A stretch of DNA of 64,000 nucleotides from contig CATNEN010000025.1 of the NCBI GenBank assembly GCA_950097015.1, forward strand, positions 3,410,001 through 3,474,000, given 5' to 3'. A program made the position numbers and the translations under genes. The stretch's first letter is position 1. Every line of letters begins with the position of its first letter. Shown here one piece after another: positions 59,884 through 64,000 of the stretch. The notes under the pieces were generated by a model. That model worked only from the letters and a program-made list of their open reading frames with translations. It did not search any database and was not told where the DNA came from. This DNA comes from Macrostomum hystrix (taxonomy: Eukaryota > Animalia > Platyhelminthes).

Positions 59884-60568
59884 GACACATCAATTAACCA
59901 CACAGAACCAAGTTGCATATATATATTTTTTTAAGAAATGAAAACTGTACATTGCAAAGTGCGAATGGCCTCTGCTCGATGGAGTTTGGGAAGAAAGTGG
60001 AAAAATTATTTAGAAGTAACATTGATTCCCAGCTCCGGGTTTTGTACCGCACGGAAAAGATTGCTCAGTTTGTCTGCAGGCTGAAGTCCCATGTTCCTAG
60101 ACCACTTGTTGCAGGTGTCGTGTATAAATTTCATTGTTCTGTGGATCAGAACATCTCCTACATAGGTAAAACTAAGCGACACTTGTACACAAGGGTAAAG
60201 GAGCATTGGATTAGAAATTCTGCCATCAATGAGCACCTTCTCTCGTGTAACTCCTGTTGCAATAAGAACTGTTGTGATATGTTTAAAGTGATTGATTCCT
60301 GTAGCCAAGAAAACAAATTGAATATTCTCGAGGCTATGTACATTAAGGCTCAGAAACCATTTTTGAACAGTCAGTTAGCCATGCGGGTGCAAGCCGCCAA
60401 CTCAATGTGTTTTAGCTATGTTAGAAGCGTCTTTGAACTTTATTTGGTTGTTGTTTTTTTTCTCTTGTTAACCGGACTGGACCGAAATTGATTCGCACTT
60501 TGCAATGTACAGTTTTCATTTCTTAAAAAATATATATAACTTGGTTCTGTGTGTTTAATTGATGTGTC

Positions 60569-60608
60569 TGCCCTGAAGATGACCGATTGTGGTCGAAATG
60601 CATTGGCA
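60569..60608 (+). ncRNA. Minimal type I hammerhead ribozyme in PLE pLTR
   Basis: UGCC-CUGAAGA-U-GACC(GAUUGU)GGUC-GAAA-UGCA-UU/GGCA: stem I UGCC:GGCA, stem II GACC:GGUC, palindromic stem III AUGCAU, predicted cleavage after 60604. Confidence 0.78.
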
Positions 60609-62898
60609 AAATTCTAAGAAAATTTAAATGTTGATTCTGAGTTTTCTCTATTTAATTGTTGTCAAGCGAGCTACTCTACCTGAATTGTTACATGATTCAT
60701 CAGTCTATCAACAATCATTTTGACAAAAACTGTAACAACTGTATTTTTTCTATTTGTGATAAAATATATTCTTTAGCAAAGAATAATCATTTGTTTATGC
60801 TCGAAAGAACGAGGCTCAAATGAGCCAAGTAAATGTAAATAAAAAAATCGTCTGGAAGTCTGGCCTAATTTTCAGTATTCGGTCTGCTTGGCTGCAGCTG
60901 AAACAGCACCCCAACTATATTTGTCATGCATTCCTCCTATCCGACTTGGCCTACCTGGCAATATTCCATTGCTAGCCTTCATTATTGAGCCCAGAAGCGC
61001 ATTAGTCTCTGGCCAGGCCAGACTAGTTCTGTGTTCACCTACCTGCTATGTGAAAGGGAGGAATTTTTATGCTCATAATAGTCCATACTGTATATGTAAA
61101 CGTGTGACCCGTCGGCAGTTCAAGTTGAAAACTAGGCGCTTCACATTGGATTGTTGCAAATATTGTACTTGGCTACTCCGCGGTACAACAGACGTCATGA
61201 TGTATCGGGTGCATAATACGAGTAGGATGGGGCCGAGAGACTGCATGCATGCCATCGCTCATTAGCGGCAAGGATGGGGTCTGCATCGGATAATGGATCG
61301 CCGACTGCACACAGCTATGCCAGGTTTAAGGCTTTAAGCCTCTAATAGGCTTACTTTTGTAAAGTACACTTGCCCAAAACAATCGAAGCGACTGCAGGTT
61401 GTGCACTACACAGTCTGATGTACTCCTGTACCTACAAAGTTTAGCGGTTCGTTCAATTAGTAACGCCACTTATTATCCTTGTCTTTGTAATCTTTTTACA
61501 ATGAGGGAGCTACTAGCCAAGGTCCTTACAGCTTTGAACTTCTTTCTGGGAGGTCGGGAGTTCGATTCTTAAGCGTGGTAATATCTTATTATTATTATTA
61601 CATAGTTGCAGGAGGGCTGCAGGCACTGGTACATTTTGTGACTGTAGCCCCGCAGTCAGCGAGGAGGCAATTATGTCCATTTCGCTGACTCCTGAGCACA
61701 CACGCACACAGATACTGTACGCAGACACACACACACAGATATGTACATCTGCCTGAGTTTCTTATCGAAAGGCAGTGTACACACTCCCTGTGCCTTGGAG
61801 TTTGGCATTGGTCCTGATGGGTGCAAATTGCACGACAAGCCCCAAGCCTTCTCTCCGCAGCTGCGCCCCAAAAGAATGCGGCCTCATTGCGGATTCGAGC
61901 TCAGGGACCCTGGTGCAAGAGCCAAACGCGTTAATACCGCTAAGTCTAGGAGACAGTTTGTACTCATTGAACGACACATTTCTTTTTGTGCTTCGGTTCA
62001 CCGAGAAATAAAACAGTTGCAGCATTGTTGGGGTGGAAGTTAGGGCAGGTGTGGCTGCTTCACTAGTCCACAGACTGAACAGCTGTACAGTTTTCGGAAA
62101 CGGGGCGCAATAGCTGTTGCCTGTGCCACTTTCTGAATATCTATGAACTATTTGGCTGAATGCCGGTAATCTAATTTTACCATCTTAAATGTGTAATATT
62201 GGTTGAATACATGTACACGATAAAGTGTACACTCATAATAACGAAGCATATCACAATGACGGCAGCAGCTGACGATGACTAAACATGCACACGGAATAGA
62301 TGACGCATCAGCAGCCGCCGCGCCACGCTGCCCCCTCCTGCAGCTGCTGCATATTTGGTATTCCAGCCAAATAGACTAGAGAAATTCCTTCCCTTTACAT
62401 TGGACATATTCGCAAAGAACGCGCTGCTGCAGTGTCAGATGGCGCCCGAGCATGGTCCTATCGTACCGGGGGAATGATTGCGAGCCTAAAAATCTCTTTC
62501 CGGCGAAGTATACAGCGAAGTCACCCCCCTCCAAGAGCATGCCGGCATGGCCTTCTGCAGTTTTAAAGTCATCCTCTTTCCCGATCCTCTCTGCGGGCCG
62601 CACCTCCCGGCTGAACAGCATTCCTCGGACTTCAGCTGCTGCCGTGGCGCACGCTGGCGTTTGCTCGACCTCCTTTCCTATATAGCAAGAAAATCTTCTG
62701 CCCAATCGGCCCCCCTATACCTGCCCGATCCACCAGTTCAACTACGAAATTCTGAAACGGCACCAATTCCCATTGTTGATAACTTTTCCGAAAGACCCTT
62801 ACAGGCTTAATCGAATGTATGCCTGCCAAGATGCTTTAGAACTTTAATCCTTTAAATCTCTAATTTTGTTGCCATTTTCTCTATAGCTACAAACCGCC

Positions 62899-64000
62899 AT
62901 GGATCATCTGCCCATCCGGAAGATGCTGACTGTGAAGCTGGACAAGGAGGGCGCTCTGGCAAGGTAAGCTGGGATGAGACTGAAGTGGAATTCCATGTGC
63001 AGCATACACACTGTGCGATCGCTGCGGTAAATTACTTTTTAAAGTCCTTTAGTCAATTAAAGGTATACTTTTTGGTATACCTCTTTCAACTACTTTTAAA
63101 GTCAATTGTTGTAAATAAAATTTTGTTCGTTGAAATCACTCGTTTTCGTTTTACATTTATTAGATGTTCAAATCCATGGTGCGTACTTGTAGTCGTGTGT
63201 TTTGGCTTGGTTTGATGACAATGCCACCGAGTCTTCGCAGCTTGATCACACTTTCATTTGAGGGTGTTTTATGCGATTCTCTAGAAATGTATTGTCCCAA
63301 CTGCAACAAACCATATTACTGTAGTGAGCTCAACTTGTTTAGAAAGTTCTTGTATTGTCCACAGACAACACACACAGGAGGTTATAACTGATCCGTTGAA
63401 AATTCATACTCCAGATCCTCGTCTGATCGTCACCAAATCGACGCCGCGGCTAGCAAGGACAAGCGATCGCATCATCGAGGCGCACCAGAGCCCATGAACA
63501 GCCTAGCGGATCGACCACGCGTGAGTTTTAGGTTTTTTGGAAAAAATCTATAAACTATGCGAATTCTATGATATACGCAGCGGACACGCACTGTACTCTC
63601 GATAACATAGACTATTTGCACGTACTGATTATTTAAACGTCCAAGACATTCAACAAACTACCTGCATATATTGCTTTGTAAGAACCCGTGAGACCTTTTA
63701 AGTACAGTTAAAAATTTTGTAAAAATTATAATAAGTTTAATGTACTTGTATACGAGTACAAATGGTCTAGAGTACTTTTTTAAACGTCCATGCATTCACG
63801 GTGATTTTATAAACACATTTTCGTTCAAGCGATCCGCCGAGGACAAGTTTCTATTTCTCCTTCCTTCCACCTCGCTGCCGCCGTCATTGTCATCGACTTC
63901 ACTTGCGTCATCGGCGGTGAAGTCCAGTTCAACACGCGAGACGCCTCCTCGGCATTGGGCCTACATTCGGGAGAAGCAGCAGCAGTACCAACAGTACAAT
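62899..64000 (+). CDS. 5' part of an unidentified multi-exon gene (runs off window)
   Basis: Exons 62899-62963, 63415-63520, 63830->64000 join in frame with GT-AG: MDHLPIRKMLTVKLDKEGALAR|SSSDRHQ...DRPR|RSAEDKFLFLLP...WAYIREKQQQYQQYN. Confidence 0.6.

Larger units (their letters stand above)
59590..60657. mobile_element. Penelope-like element fragment: GIY-YIG endonuclease 3' end between inverted pseudo-LTRs
   Basis: ORF 59913-60491 has VVYKFHC...SYIGKTKRHLYTRVKEH...SAINEH...ILEAMYI..QKP.LN. 59795-59966 is the reverse complement of 60491-60657. Confidence 0.9.

Noticed and set aside
62376-62829. Minus-strand ORFs upstream of the right-edge gene
   Set aside because: No recognisable motif or consistent splice structure; may be promoter or UTR sequence.

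Overview
Eukaryotic (metazoan) genomic DNA with GT-AG introns, GC-rich exons, AT-rich introns and many minisatellites. The style is compatible with a Macrostomum-like flatworm, but the sequence cannot prove the organism. Genes rebuilt by hand from splice sites: (1) a minus-strand multi-exon gene (~21445 to <2387, probably continuing out of the window) with two spectrin-like repeats resembling AKAP6/Klarsicht; (2) a kinesin light chain gene (+, 6570-8802) nested antisense in one of its introns; (3) intronless UBE2T (-); (4) a 15-exon MSH6 with PIP box and PWWP domain (-, 27845-51139), whose 10.4-kb intron holds a two-exon gene (+) with a SOCS-box-like C-terminus; (5) UFM1 (-); (6) a C2orf76/DUF2340 homolog (+); (7) the start of an unknown gene at the right edge. 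Mobile DNA includes a Penelope-like GIY-YIG fragment flanked by inverted pLTRs that each carry a minimal hammerhead ribozyme, decayed LINE fragments, a tRNA-derived SINE family and a MITE-like element. Main leads: KLC nested in a putative nuclear-envelope/kinesin adaptor gene, the KLC's missing LFP autoinhibition motif, splice acceptors immediately upstream of six start codons (possible SL trans-splicing and a UFM1-MSH6-UBE2T operon), and the paired hammerheads.
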